Shown: positions 1-9,554 of the stretch, in pieces
Numbering within the stretch: the first letter of the stretch is position 1
Layout of the letters: every line of letters starts with the position of its first letter
Assembly (NCBI GenBank): GCA_030018635.1
Contig: JASEHU010000001.1
Span: 1 to 32,027, forward strand
Length of the DNA stretch: 32,027 nucleotides
Source: a bacterium
GTDB lineage: Bacteria > UBA9089 > CG2-30-40-21 > SBAY01
Direction: 5' to 3'
Notes under the pieces: generated by a model
Told to the model about the DNA's origin: nothing
Seen by the model: the letters and a program-made list of their open reading frames with translations, nothing else
The model's database searches: none
Made by a program: the position numbers and the translations under genes

Positions 1-83
1 GTTTGAAAAGAGGAACAAACTTTTGCAAAAGCCATTAGCGGTTTCCAATAAAAAGATTGGTTGCACAGCTTGAAAGATTTTGG

Positions 84-112
84 TTGACTTTTGAAGGATT
101 CTGGCGTATAAT
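84..112 (+). promoter_or_regulatory. Candidate sigma70-type promoter upstream of the HTH gene
   Basis: TTGACT at 84-89, a 17-nt spacer, then TATAAT at 107-112. RBS GAGGAGGTG at 118-126 precedes the ATG at 135. Confidence 0.45.
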
Positions 113-134
113 TTATTGAGGAGGTGAAAAGACA

Positions 135-404
135 ATGGAGATTCAAGAAAGAGCAGTTTATACCACTTCTGAGGCAGCCAGGATTCTAAAACTCTCTCCT
201 GTTACTGTGGAGAGAAAAATAAGGCGAGGGGAGATACCAGCCTCTAAAATAGGTAGAGAGTATCGACTTCTGGGAAATGATATATTAGGACTGTTTAGAT
301 GGAAAGACAAGGAGAAAAAAAAAGAAAAGATAAATTTTGGTATTTACGATTTGGGTATCATAAAAGGAGACTTGAGTCGAAAAGAGATATACAATGAACG
401 GTAA
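135..404 (+). CDS. Excisionase/MerR-like helix-turn-helix DNA-binding protein, likely the antitoxin partner of the downstream PIN remnant
   Basis: 89-aa ORF. The N-terminal string YTTSEAARILKLSPVTVERKIRRGEIPASKIGREYR is typical of excisionase-family HTH domains. It overlaps the next ORF by 11 nt, as toxin-antitoxin pairs often do. Confidence 0.65.
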   Translation: MEIQERAVYTTSEAARILKLSPVTVERKIRRGEIPASKIGREYRLLGNDILGLFRWKDKEKKKEKINFGIYDLGIIKGDLSRKEIYNER

Positions 405-630
405 CATCTGGATTCTATTAGATACCAATATCTTGGTTTATGCAGCCCACAAGACATCTCCCTTTTATAAGAACATGGTTATGTTCAGTGGACATATCCG
501 CCCAAAGATTTTAAAACCGGCGGAACAGTCATTTTCTATTCACTTAATCTTAAAACAAACGAAGGTGAAATTGTCGGCGTCTATGGTAACGCTGAAACTT
601 TCCGTTCCCCTGAAAAAACAAAACCTGTAA
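394..630 (+). pseudogene. PIN-domain (VapC-like) toxin remnant; only the N-terminal ~25 aa look PIN-like
   Basis: Starts IWILLDTNILVYAAHKTSPFY, the PIN first acidic-residue motif. The rest reads as nonsense low-complexity sequence and the ORF is about half normal PIN length. A different frame is open from about 474 onward. Confidence 0.45.
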
Positions 631-674
631 TTTTTATAACAACTGCCCCTTTCCAGGTTTTAGTAATAAGATTT

Positions 675-959
675 TTGGATAGGGTGGGTAAAGGAATAAG
701 AACATCCCCAAGAGATGCCTTAATAGCCGATTCTGTTGATAAAAAGGATTATGGTCAGGCATTTAGTTTTCAAAGGGCTTTAGACCATGCAGGTGCAGTT
801 TTTGGACCGGTAGTCGCCTTTGTTTTGCTCAATATATTTTTCTTAAATTTAAGGGTAGTCTTTGCCCTGCCAATAATTCCGGCGATTATAACTATTTTTA
901 TTTTAACATCCTTTCTAAACTTTTGTAAATTTTGTAGTTATTCACGGCTTGAAATTTGA
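675..959 (+). pseudogene. MFS-transporter fragment (TM2-TM3 loop region only)
   Basis: Contains DRVGKGIRTSPRDALIADS, an MFS loop motif, followed by two hydrophobic helices. The frame is open without a start codon back to about 474. The 3' end runs into the palindromic element and stops there. At 94 aa it is far too short for an MFS protein. Confidence 0.5.
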
Positions 960-1127
960 AATTGGAAAATAGAAATTAGAAATTAGGAAAAGACGAGGAG
1001 AATCGTATCTCTTTCCCCCAATTTCTAATTTCTAATTTCAATGTTCGGTGAACGGCTATATTTAATGAAAAGTGCTATTTTACTATGTTTCTACAAAATT
1101 TGCAAAAGTTCAGATCCTTTGTTAAAG
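901..1127. repeat. Long imperfect palindromic element with gaaatta heptad arms (core hairpin 951-1040)
   Basis: Left arm gaaatttgaaattggaaaatagaaattagaaattagg faces right arm ccccaatttctaatttctaatttc. The outer arms are also inverted: cttttgtaaattttgtag at 919-936 versus ctacaaaatttgcaaaag at 1091-1108. This is why ORFs on both strands end in LNFCKFC. Confidence 0.75.
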
Positions 1128-1319
1128 AGAAGAAAAAAGATATTAAAGAACTAACGCCTCCACCTAATCTTACCTTGAAGTACCTCTTCATTATTGATAT
1201 TATTGGTAAAAACAAAACACGGTGGTAGTGGTTCAAAGAAATGAATTTTTGAGGAAAAATAACCCTTTGGAAAGGGTTATTTCTCATTAGAAGACCTATT
1301 TTTTAAGGGGAGAAAAAAG

Positions 1320-4157
1320 ATGGACTCAAAGGATTTTATATTTATCAAAGGGGCACGAGAACATAATCTAAAAAATATCGATGTCCAGATACCGCGAAAT
1401 AAATTGGTCGTCATTACCGGTTTGTCAGGCTCGGGTAAGTCCTCGTTAGCCTTTGATACCATCTATGCCGAGGGTCAAAGACGATATGTCGAATCGTTAT
1501 CTGCCTATGCTCGCCAGTTTTTAGGTCAGATGGAAAAACCGGATGTGGATTATATCGAAGGACTATCCCCGGCTATCGCCATCGAACAACGAACCGCCAG
1601 TAAGAATCCACGCTCTACTGTTGGCACTGCAACCGAGATATATGATTACCTCCGCCTTATGTTTGCCAGAATTGGTCAACCCCATTGCTATAAATGTGGG
1701 AAACCGCTAACCAAACAAACCGTAGATGAGATAGTCAACCAGTTAATGAATCTTCCGGAGAAGACCCGCATCCAGATCCTTGCCCCAATAGTTCGTGGTC
1801 GAAAAGGTGAGTATCAAGAAATCCTTTCAACTATTCGCAAGGAAGGATTTGTCCGGGCAAGGGTAGATAAAAAAGTCTATGCCCTGGAAGAAGAAATCAA
1901 ACTCGATAAAAACAAAAAACATAATATTGAGGTGGTGGTCGATAGACTTGTCTTGAAAGCTGAACGAGGTAGATTGGCTGACTCAATTGAGACAGCATTT
2001 AAACTATCAACAGGGATAGTCTTTATTGAGGTAGATGAGAAAGAGGATTTAATCTTTTCAGCCGAATTGGCCTGCCTGTATTGTGGGATTAGCTATGAGG
2101 AAATCTCGCCCCGGATGTTTTCCTTTAACAGCCCTTATGGCGCCTGCCCTACCTGTAAGGGATTAGGGGTTAAATTAGAAATCGACCCTGAATTAGTCGT
2201 GCCAAATAAAAATTTAAGTGTCTATAATGGGGCAATTAGACCCTGGGGTATCCCCTGGGAGGGATTACAACGGATATTAGAACGATTGGCCAGACGATAT
2301 AATTTTAGATTGGATGTCCCATTTAAAGACCTGAAAAAGGAACATCAACAACTCTTGCTTTATGGGACACAAGGGGAATATTATCGGACTCGATACAAGA
2401 CGCAATATTTTGGGGAATATGAAGGGGTAATCCCTGCCTTAGAACGGCGATTCAAAGAGACAGATTCAGAGATGTCCCGTGATGAGATTTCAGAATTTAT
2501 GACCAAACAATATTGCCCTACCTGCGACGGTGCCAGATTGAAAAAGGAAAGTTTAGCGGTCATAATTCAGGATATGTCCATTGGCCAGGTGAGTAAATTA
2601 TCCATTAAAAAGGCCTATGAGTTCTTCCAGAATTTAAAATTAACCGAAAAAGAGACACTCATTGCTCATCAAATCCTGAAAGAGCTCAAAAGGCGATTAG
2701 AATTTTTAATCAATGTAGGTGTTGACTACCTGACCTTAGACCGTGCCGCTGGGACATTAGCCGGAGGAGAGGCTCAACGAATTCAATTAGCTACACAAAT
2801 CGGCTCTGGATTGATGGGCGTGCTTTATATCTTAGATGAGCCGAGTATTGGATTACATCAGCGGGATAATAAAAGACTTTTAGATACCTTATGTTGTCTG
2901 CGGGATTTAGGCAATACCCTGATTGTGGTTGAGCATGATGAGGCAACGATTAGAATGGCTGACTATGTGCTTGATTTAGGGCCCGGTGCAGGAGAAAAGG
3001 GGGGATTTATCGTTGCTCAAGGCACACCGTCAGAAATTATTGATAATAATGATTCTCTAACCGGTAAATATTTAAAGGGGGATCTAAGGATTCCTATCCC
3101 TAAAAATCGGCTTAAACCAAAATCAAAATTTATCGAGGTTCGGGGAGCGGCAGAACATAATTTAAAAAATATCAATGTCAAAATTCCCATTGGGCTTTTG
3201 ACCTGTATTACCGGCGTCTCAGGCTCTGGGAAAAGCACACTGATTAGTGAGATTTTATATCCTGCCTTGCGTCAACACCTTTTAAGAAGTCATGCTAAAC
3301 CGGGCAAACATAAAGGGATTGTGGGATTAAATCATTTAGATAAGGTCATTAATATTGACCAGTCCCCCATCGGTCGCACCCCACGGTCCAATCCAACTAC
3401 TTATACCGGGACATTTACCCATATTCGGGATTTTTTTTCTTTATTTCCAGAGGCAAAGATGCGGGGATATAAACCCGGCAGGTTTAGTTTTAATGTCAAG
3501 GGTGGCCGATGTGAGGCCTGCCAGGGGGATGGCATTATTAAGATAGAGATGCACTTTTTACCCGATGTCTATATTCCTTGTGAGGTATGCAAGGGTAAAA
3601 GATACAACCGCGAAACCCTGGAGATAAAATATAAAGGTAAAAATATCGCTGATGTTTTGGATATGACTGTAGATGAGGCATCAGGTTTTTTTGCCAATAT
3701 ACCGCTTATTAAACGAAAATTAGAGACGATATCAGATGTAGGCCTGGGCTATATTAAACTTGGTCAGTCGGCAACTACCCTGTCAGGTGGAGAGGCACAA
3801 CGGATAAAATTATCGGCGGAATTAAGTAAGCGGGCTACCGGCAAAACACTCTATCTTTTAGATGAACCAACAACAGGCTTACACTTTGCCGATATTCATA
3901 AATTATTAGATGTCCTGATGCGGCTGCGGGATGCAGGCAATACCATTGTGATTATCGAGCATAATTTAGATGTCATCAAGACCGCAGATTATATTATTGA
4001 TTTAGGTCCTGAAGGTGGGGATGCAGGGGGTGAAATAGTGGCTGTAGGCTCACCTGAGGAGGTATCGAGGAATAAAAACTCCTATACAGGGCAAATTTTA
4101 GCCTCAGACCTGTCCGATAAGTCTGACATCTCTGACAAAGAAAGGGAAAAACCATGA
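1320..4157 (+). CDS. uvrA: Excinuclease ABC subunit A
   Basis: 945-aa ORF with two Walker A motifs ([18 protein letters not shown]) and two [11 protein letters not shown] signatures. Zinc-finger Cys pairs are present ([25 protein letters not shown]). A low-complexity C-terminal tail ([17 protein letters not shown]) follows. Confidence 0.97.
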   Translation: MDSKDFIFIKGAREHNLKNIDVQIPRNKLVVITGLSGSGKSSLAFDTIYAEGQRRYVESLSAYARQFLGQMEKPDVDYIEGLSPAIAIEQRTASKNPRSTVGTATEIYDYLRLMFARIGQPHCYKCGKPLTKQTVDEIVNQLMNLPEKTRIQILAPIVRGRKGEYQEILSTIRKEGFVRARVDKKVYALEEEIKLDKNKKHNIEVVVDRLVLKAERGRLADSIETAFKLSTGIVFIEVDEKEDLIFSAELACLYCGISYEEISPRMFSFNSPYGACPTCKGLGVKLEIDPELVVPNKNLSVYNGAIRPWGIPWEGLQRILERLARRYNFRLDVPFKDLKKEHQQLLLYGTQGEYYRTRYKTQYFGEYEGVIPALERRFKETDSEMSRDEISEFMTKQYCPTCDGARLKKESLAVIIQDMSIGQVSKLSIKKAYEFFQNLKLTEKETLIAHQILKELKRRLEFLINVGVDYLTLDRAAGTLAGGEAQRIQLATQIGSGLMGVLYILDEPSIGLHQRDNKRLLDTLCCLRDLGNTLIVVEHDEATIRMADYVLDLGPGAGEKGGFIVAQGTPSEIIDNNDSLTGKYLKGDLRIPIPKNRLKPKSKFIEVRGAAEHNLKNINVKIPIGLLTCITGVSGSGKSTLISEILYPALRQHLLRSHAKPGKHKGIVGLNHLDKVINIDQSPIGRTPRSNPTTYTGTFTHIRDFFSLFPEAKMRGYKPGRFSFNVKGGRCEACQGDGIIKIEMHFLPDVYIPCEVCKGKRYNRETLEIKYKGKNIADVLDMTVDEASGFFANIPLIKRKLETISDVGLGYIKLGQSATTLSGGEAQRIKLSAELSKRATGKTLYLLDEPTTGLHFADIHKLLDVLMRLRDAGNTIVIIEHNLDVIKTADYIIDLGPEGGDAGGEIVAVGSPEEVSRNKNSYTGQILASDLSDKSDISDKEREKP

Positions 4158-4172
4158 ACCACCAGAATAACT

Positions 4173-5063
4173 TTATGGATTAGGTATATTCACCAAATCT
4201 GACCTGGGCACTATTCTTTCCATTATTCTATCCAAATCTTCCAATGAATAAAATTCGATTTCTATCTTCCCTCCTCCTTTTGCATCCTGCCTAATTCTGA
4301 TCTTAGTCCCCAGCACCCGCATTAAATCTTCTTCGCAGGCAACAAGCATGACATCTGGTTCACTCACTTGTGATGTTTCACGTGAAACATCTACTTGAGG
4401 TGATACCTCCTTTTTCATTCGCTTGACCAATGATTCAACCTCGCGAACAGAGAGTCCTTTTTTAATAACCCGTTCGCAAGTCTCTAGTTGTTGAACCTCG
4501 GATTCTAAACTCAATATTGCCCGAGCATGTCCCATCGAGAGACTCCCGTTTGAAATCTGCTCCTGAATTTTAATGGGTAATTTTAATAATCGCAGGGTGT
4601 TTGTTACAGAGGTGCGGTCTTTACCTACCTCCTTGGCTAAATTCTCCTGGGTTAAACCAAACTCCCGAATCAACCTTTGATATGCATCTGCCTCTTCCAT
4701 AGGATTCAAATCCTCTCGTTGAATATTTTCAATCAAGGCAATCTCTAATGCCTCACTGTCAACTACATCCTTGACTACCGCCGGGATACGGTCTAATCCA
4801 ATTGACCTTGCCGCCTGAAGCCTTCGCTCACCAGCAATTAATTCATACCCTTCTTTAGACGGTCTTAATAAAATCGGCTGAATTACCCCTTTCTCCCTGA
4901 TTGAATCGGCCAACTCTTTCTGCTTCTCCGGGTCGAAATATCGCCTCGGTTGATAACGACTTACCTGAATCTCCGAAATCTTTACCTCCCGAATATTCTC
5001 CCCTTCTGATTTAACCTCCGGCAATAATGCCTCTAACCCTTTACCTAAAGCTATCCTTTGCAT
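4173..5063 (-). CDS. parB: Chromosome partitioning protein ParB/Spo0J
   Basis: 296-aa ORF with ParB-box motifs (LIAGERRLQAA, IENIQREDLNPMEEA) and the HTH segment LTQENLAKEVGKDRTSVTNTLRLLKL. Confidence 0.93.
   Translation of the reverse strand: MQRIALGKGLEALLPEVKSEGENIREVKISEIQVSRYQPRRYFDPEKQKELADSIREKGVIQPILLRPSKEGYELIAGERRLQAARSIGLDRIPAVVKDVVDSEALEIALIENIQREDLNPMEEADAYQRLIREFGLTQENLAKEVGKDRTSVTNTLRLLKLPIKIQEQISNGSLSMGHARAILSLESEVQQLETCERVIKKGLSVREVESLVKRMKKEVSPQVDVSRETSQVSEPDVMLVACEEDLMRVLGTKIRIRQDAKGGGKIEIEFYSLEDLDRIMERIVPRSDLVNIPNP
4374..4389. promoter_or_regulatory. parS centromere-like site inside parB
   Basis: TGTTTCACGTGAAACA is an exact match to the Firmicutes-type parS consensus as I recall it. 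It sits in a 20-bp perfect palindrome, gatgtttcacgtgaaacatc (4372-4391), and encodes DVSRETS of ParB. Confidence 0.85.
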
Positions 5064-5101
5064 TTCTAAATTCCTCCTTTTTCTGAAGTTTCGTTAATTT
5101 A

Positions 5102-5163
5102 GTAATCGGATTAAGCGGATTTTAATCTTATATTTATCCGTTTAATCCGCTAAATCCGATTAC
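5102..5163. repeat. Intergenic hairpin with tandem-repeat arms (ggatt-type units)
   Basis: gtaatcggattaagcggatt (5102-5121) faces aatccgctaaatccgattac (5144-5163), with one indel. It lies between the stop of the 698-aa gene and the parB start. Confidence 0.8.
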
Positions 5164-5183
5164 CCAAAAAGAAATAATCCACT

Positions 5184-7280
5184 TTATCCCTTTTGATAAA
5201 ACCAATAATGTGCCGAGAAACAAGTATAATGATGCCTTAATTCTCGGTATATCTCAAACCTCACCTTAGTTTTGTTTGAGGTTATATGGCTTCCGGCAAC
5301 ATTATAAACCGTCTCGGTCCAGTTATCCTCTGCATTTCGATGTGTCCAGACACCAAGTAACTTATCATTGATATAAACCTCTAACGGGGTAAAGGTATTG
5401 GTTCTCTTGATTATCCTCAAATCCTTTCCCGGCTCAGTCTCAATTACCATCCGTTCTCCAGCGGTAATCATTCTGCCGGCATCAATGACAATTTTATCCG
5501 GTGCCTCCAGACAAGGTAGTTTAATCGCCTGGTCCTGATAATTCATCCCATAATACATCCCCGGCTCTGATTCCCAAAATTTATATTTATGCCTTAACTC
5601 ATCCTCCACATCGGCCACATCAACCCTATCAACTAATTTATATTCGGCTAATTGTTGTAAAATATCCGGAGATTGAACCGCATCCCCTGAATGAGCCAAT
5701 TGCCAATCCACTTTATAGACTACCATCGGTGCCCCACTGCCGGCAATTGTCGGCTGAATCAATTTGAATTGAGCGACCTCATCCCCTAACATCCCCAGCC
5801 TATCAAAGACAAACCAATTAGGATAAATGATAAAATACTGGGGATAATGTTTGGCGTCTAAATTCTCAAGATATTCATAAACACTCCCGGCACCATTTAC
5901 CCATGACCGGGCCATGCCCTTAGTGCCCAGACCAAGCAAGTCAATGACATACCTATTGCCAAAATATTTTAATGCCCCCAGGTCATTTAAGGCAATAACC
6001 GCATCTTCCGGGATATTTTTATCTATCCATTCACCCAAGGTTATTTGCTGAAAATAAATATCTTTGCAGTTTTTCCCGTAGGCAACACCAAAATAGATGG
6101 TACTCATCAAGGTAAAACTTAATAAGAAGACGACTAATCCATAAAAGACATATTTGGACCCACCAACTACCTTGCCCATTAAATCACTAAAATAATAAAC
6201 CCCTAAAAGTGTAAAAATAAGAAACAGGGGATAGTAGGGGATAAGATACCGATGCCAATGCCATTTAAAGGGAAGGGCGACGGCGACCGCTAATGTCCCT
6301 GTAAAAAAACAGGCTAAACTGAGCATCCCAAATTTTGACCTTTCCTTAAGGATTAAAAAAAGACCACCCAACAAGAAAAAGATTAAAGAAAACGGGGCAA
6401 AATAGACACTAACCTGTCTTCCTTCATTTGTCTCCATTAAGGTTGAAAACTCACCATTAAAGCCACCAAAAATATCCTTTAAAATATAAATATAATATTT
6501 ACCCCCGGTAGCCAACATGTCCAATAAATCAACATTTGGTTTGGTCAGGACAGACTTGGCCGTCATCGTGTTAGCACTCAGGGTGCCATTAAATAAATAA
6601 TTTACCCCTATCTGCCCAATACCTAATCCAATTGGAATGAGGAAATAATAACTCTTTATCCCTTTTAACAAAAAGATGCCACCAAAGATAATTACGGATA
6701 GGACAAATCCTTCAGGTCGGGCTAAGGTCATCAATGAGGCAGACCAGATAGTCCGTCTGTATCGCTGTTCGTTATCATCTAACTCGATAAGGAGTGATAA
6801 CATTGTCGCCAGAATTGAGGTAGTAAATAATCCAGCATCCATACCACTTAAATGAACCCATAAGGTTGGTCCATTGAAAAGAAATAAAAGACTCATTAAA
6901 ACCCCAGCCTGATGATTAATTAACCTCTTCCCAATATTATACATCAACCAACCAGAAATGACTAAAAAGATTACCCCCAGGCTAAAGGTATAATAAAGTA
7001 TGGCTGTTTTACCCAGCCCGATTAAAAATCCAGGGATTAAGAAAAAGAGATAAATCAGACTGGTCGTTCCGGTTGTCGGAGGGTCACCTGTATTATATTG
7101 CCAGGGATGTCCATGGATAAACTGCCAGGTATATTGAAGAAAGATAAAGGTATCATCCAATGGGGCAGATAAATGTCCACTGGTATAATAAAACATTGTG
7201 CCTAAGTAAAAAATGGAAATGCTCACCGCCACAATTAAAATCCAAATTACCGGATAATAAATTTCTTTATATTTAAACAT
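5184..7280 (-). CDS. Polytopic membrane protein, GT-C-like N-terminal domain plus soluble C-terminal domain (paralog 1)
   Basis: 698-aa ORF with RBS AAGGAGGA. It has at least 10 hydrophobic helices. An early loop motif LDDTFIFLQY...GHPWQYNTGDPPTTG and a later RPEG motif recall GT-C glycosyl/arabinofuranosyl-transferase-like families. The last ~170 aa are hydrophilic. It is clearly paralogous to 7443-9554. The ORF call is secure; the function is tentative. Confidence 0.6.
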   Translation of the reverse strand: MFKYKEIYYPVIWILIVAVSISIFYLGTMFYYTSGHLSAPLDDTFIFLQYTWQFIHGHPWQYNTGDPPTTGTTSLIYLFFLIPGFLIGLGKTAILYYTFSLGVIFLVISGWLMYNIGKRLINHQAGVLMSLLFLFNGPTLWVHLSGMDAGLFTTSILATMLSLLIELDDNEQRYRRTIWSASLMTLARPEGFVLSVIIFGGIFLLKGIKSYYFLIPIGLGIGQIGVNYLFNGTLSANTMTAKSVLTKPNVDLLDMLATGGKYYIYILKDIFGGFNGEFSTLMETNEGRQVSVYFAPFSLIFFLLGGLFLILKERSKFGMLSLACFFTGTLAVAVALPFKWHWHRYLIPYYPLFLIFTLLGVYYFSDLMGKVVGGSKYVFYGLVVFLLSFTLMSTIYFGVAYGKNCKDIYFQQITLGEWIDKNIPEDAVIALNDLGALKYFGNRYVIDLLGLGTKGMARSWVNGAGSVYEYLENLDAKHYPQYFIIYPNWFVFDRLGMLGDEVAQFKLIQPTIAGSGAPMVVYKVDWQLAHSGDAVQSPDILQQLAEYKLVDRVDVADVEDELRHKYKFWESEPGMYYGMNYQDQAIKLPCLEAPDKIVIDAGRMITAGERMVIETEPGKDLRIIKRTNTFTPLEVYINDKLLGVWTHRNAEDNWTETVYNVAGSHITSNKTKVRFEIYRELRHHYTCFSAHYWFYQKG

Positions 7281-7310
7281 TCTTTTAAGTTAATCCTCCT
7301 TCTACTGGAG

Positions 7311-7427
7311 TTTCGTGAATTTATCTATAGTAGAATCACGAAATCACGAAAGGACGAAGGCACGAAATAGTTTTTAAATTAACTATCTATAAGTTTTCGT
7401 ACTTTCTATCTTTCGTGCTTTCGTGAT
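7311..7427. repeat. Intergenic hairpin with 8-nt cacgaa-type tandem arms
   Basis: Left arm atcacgaaatcacgaaaggacgaaggcacgaaatag (7335-7370) faces right arm ctataagttttcgtactttctatctttcgtgctttcgtgat (7387-7427). It lies between the two paralogous membrane-protein genes. Confidence 0.8.
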
Positions 7428-7442
7428 ATTATGCCATGCCAT

Positions 7443-9554
7443 TTATTTCTGGAAAAACCAATAATAACCCACTGAATAGGTATCTTGCTGTTTATCCCTG
7501 ACCTCAATATGTACCTTTGTCGAGTTTGATGTTACCCATTGGCCGGGGATAGTAACCAAAGACTCTGACCAGGTATTGCCGGGATTTGTTTCATCAATCC
7601 ACTTTCGGCAATATTTCCCGTTTATCAGCACATCCAACTTTAATGCCCCTGTTGTACGCATGACTATTTTCATTTCCTGCCCGGGCTGTGTTTTTACCAC
7701 CATATCCTCTCCACCCGAAAGGCTGCGGCCACCATCCATAATTTGTCTATCCAGACAAGGAAACGTATAAACATAAGTGGTGCTATTTAACCCTGGTTCT
7801 GCCTCCCAAAATCTATACTTGTGTTCGGCCTCACTATCTAAATTAGCCACATCAATCTTATCCACCAATTTATAGCCAGATAGAGAGGTCATCGGTTCAT
7901 CGCCCTTATTGGATAGACTCCAGTCTGCTTGATAGACATTTATCGGTTCAATAGGACGCACCCCCACTACCCTGGCTGAATAAAGCTCTGTTTTCAATAA
8001 TCCTGAACGAGTCAAATCTAAACGGTCAAGGACAAAACAGGCCGGATAAAGTTTTTTCTCCTCAAGCCATTCAAATATACTCCCCACACCATTTTGATAT
8101 GCCTTAGCTAACCCCTTAGTCCCCACCCCGCATAAATCAATAAAATTTCTATTCTCATAATACCTTAATGTATTTATCCCATTCATGGCTATGGTGACAT
8201 CAGCCGGGATATTTTCTCTTATCCATTTCACCAATCCCATCTTTTGATGATAATTATCCTTGCAAATCTTACCATAGGCAACGACAAAAAACGAGGTACT
8301 AAATAGTGAAAAAACGATGAAAAAAGAAGATAGTCCGTAAAAGGTTTGTTTTAAGGATATGGTCGTAACCATATTGGTTATCATGAGAGAAAAATGATAA
8401 ATACCCACAACCACGCCAAGGAGGAAGAGTGGATAATAGGGAATGAGTGTCATATTCCAGGAATAATCCGTGGGGAAGGTAATGGCCACCAGACCAATCC
8501 CCATAAAAAACCAGATAACCATCAGAAGATTAATGCCTAATCTCCTGGCATAGATCTCCTTAACGGCTAAAGGTAGTGAGCCGAATAAAAAGAAGAGAAA
8601 GGCAAACGGGGCAAAATAGGTGGCCGTCTGTCCGGCATCAGGACTTATCATCTCTGTGTAGGCACCGTTAAAGCCTCCAAATATCTCCTTTAAAAGATAG
8701 GCATAAAACTTAATCGACTTAGCTAAAATCTCCAGTAAAGGCATATTGGGGGAAAATAATGGGGATTTAGATTGCAGGAAGGTAGAAAAGAGACTGCCTA
8801 TTAGAATCAAGTTTAAGAAGACACAGCTAATTCCAATAATCGCAGGGATAAAAATGAGGATACTCTTTAATTTCGCCGCCCCTTGATTAAGGAGTAGGTT
8901 GATGATAAGGACAACGACCAACAAGATGGAAAGCACCGCCCCTTCTGGATGAGTCATGGCTAAGAGTGAACCTAAAATAACCGTCTTTTTGTAATCTCCA
9001 TCCTGCTCTCGCAAGAAGAAATAAAGGGTGGCTAAAATTACCGTACTAAAAAGCCCAATTTCGGTCCCACTTAAATATCCCCAGCTAATTGGTCCATTGA
9101 GAAGAAAAAGGAGACCGGCAATTATCCCTAACTCCCGACCAAAGAAACCCTCGGCTATCCGCAAGATTAACCAACCAGATAAAAAGAAAAATATCATCCC
9201 CAGGAGAAAGGCGTAACAAATCATTCCGTTGCCGGTTAGTCCAATGAAAAATCCCGGGGCCAAAATGATAGTGTAAAGAAGACTTCTAACACCAGTTGTA
9301 GGGGTATCTCCGAAGTTGTATTGAAAGGGATGTCCTGCGGATAATTGTTTAGCGTAATGAAAATATGAAAAGGAGTCATCCACTGGTAAGAAGAAATATC
9401 CGCCACTATAAAAGAGCGTAGAAATTACATACAAAATGGATATCCCCAGCACAAGGCCGATAAGGCTATAATTATATTTAGCCTCAACCCCTATTTTTTT
9501 TGCTTGAAGGATTTTTTCCCGTTTTTCTGATTTTTTCTTTTTTATCTTAGCCAT
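7443..9554 (-). CDS. Polytopic membrane protein, GT-C-like N-terminal domain plus soluble C-terminal domain (paralog 2)
   Basis: 703-aa ORF. It shares VDDSFSYFHY...GHPFQYNFGDTPTTG, HPEG, YFAPF, IPYYPLFL, YKLVDKIDVA and a YWFFQK C-terminus with the 698-aa neighbour. Its start overlaps the parA stop by 8 nt. Confidence 0.6.
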   Translation of the reverse strand: MAKIKKKKSEKREKILQAKKIGVEAKYNYSLIGLVLGISILYVISTLFYSGGYFFLPVDDSFSYFHYAKQLSAGHPFQYNFGDTPTTGVRSLLYTIILAPGFFIGLTGNGMICYAFLLGMIFFFLSGWLILRIAEGFFGRELGIIAGLLFLLNGPISWGYLSGTEIGLFSTVILATLYFFLREQDGDYKKTVILGSLLAMTHPEGAVLSILLVVVLIINLLLNQGAAKLKSILIFIPAIIGISCVFLNLILIGSLFSTFLQSKSPLFSPNMPLLEILAKSIKFYAYLLKEIFGGFNGAYTEMISPDAGQTATYFAPFAFLFFLFGSLPLAVKEIYARRLGINLLMVIWFFMGIGLVAITFPTDYSWNMTLIPYYPLFLLGVVVGIYHFSLMITNMVTTISLKQTFYGLSSFFIVFSLFSTSFFVVAYGKICKDNYHQKMGLVKWIRENIPADVTIAMNGINTLRYYENRNFIDLCGVGTKGLAKAYQNGVGSIFEWLEEKKLYPACFVLDRLDLTRSGLLKTELYSARVVGVRPIEPINVYQADWSLSNKGDEPMTSLSGYKLVDKIDVANLDSEAEHKYRFWEAEPGLNSTTYVYTFPCLDRQIMDGGRSLSGGEDMVVKTQPGQEMKIVMRTTGALKLDVLINGKYCRKWIDETNPGNTWSESLVTIPGQWVTSNSTKVHIEVRDKQQDTYSVGYYWFFQK

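Noticed and set aside
1043-1053. GTTCggtGAAC upstream of uvrA as a LexA/Cheo-type SOS box.
   Set aside because: The Cheo box is GAAC-N4-GTTC. This sequence has the opposite half-site order and 3-nt spacing, and it is part of the palindromic element terminus.
1075-1462. Minus-strand ORFs 1075-1287 and 1277-1462.
   Set aside because: The first is the mirror image of the palindromic element (shared LNFCKFC). The second is antisense to the uvrA start. Neither has supporting motifs.
2381-3546. Short ORFs inside uvrA (2381-2563, 3017-3238, 3355-3546). There are similar ORFs inside the two paralogous membrane-protein genes, fabD, the putative endonuclease and methyltransferase genes, fabG, fabF, rnc, the acyl-CoA dehydrogenase, the CBS-domain gene, the rseC-like, OMP, DUF3999-like and DUF2339-like genes, and the truncated ligase.
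   Set aside because: They are shadow ORFs antisense to, or out of frame with, strongly supported genes.
4158-4172. A 15-nt convergent gap between uvrA and parB as a bidirectional terminator.
   Set aside because: The gap itself has no hairpin or T-run. The only nearby stem (tcagac/gtctga, 4104-4126) lies inside the uvrA coding tail.
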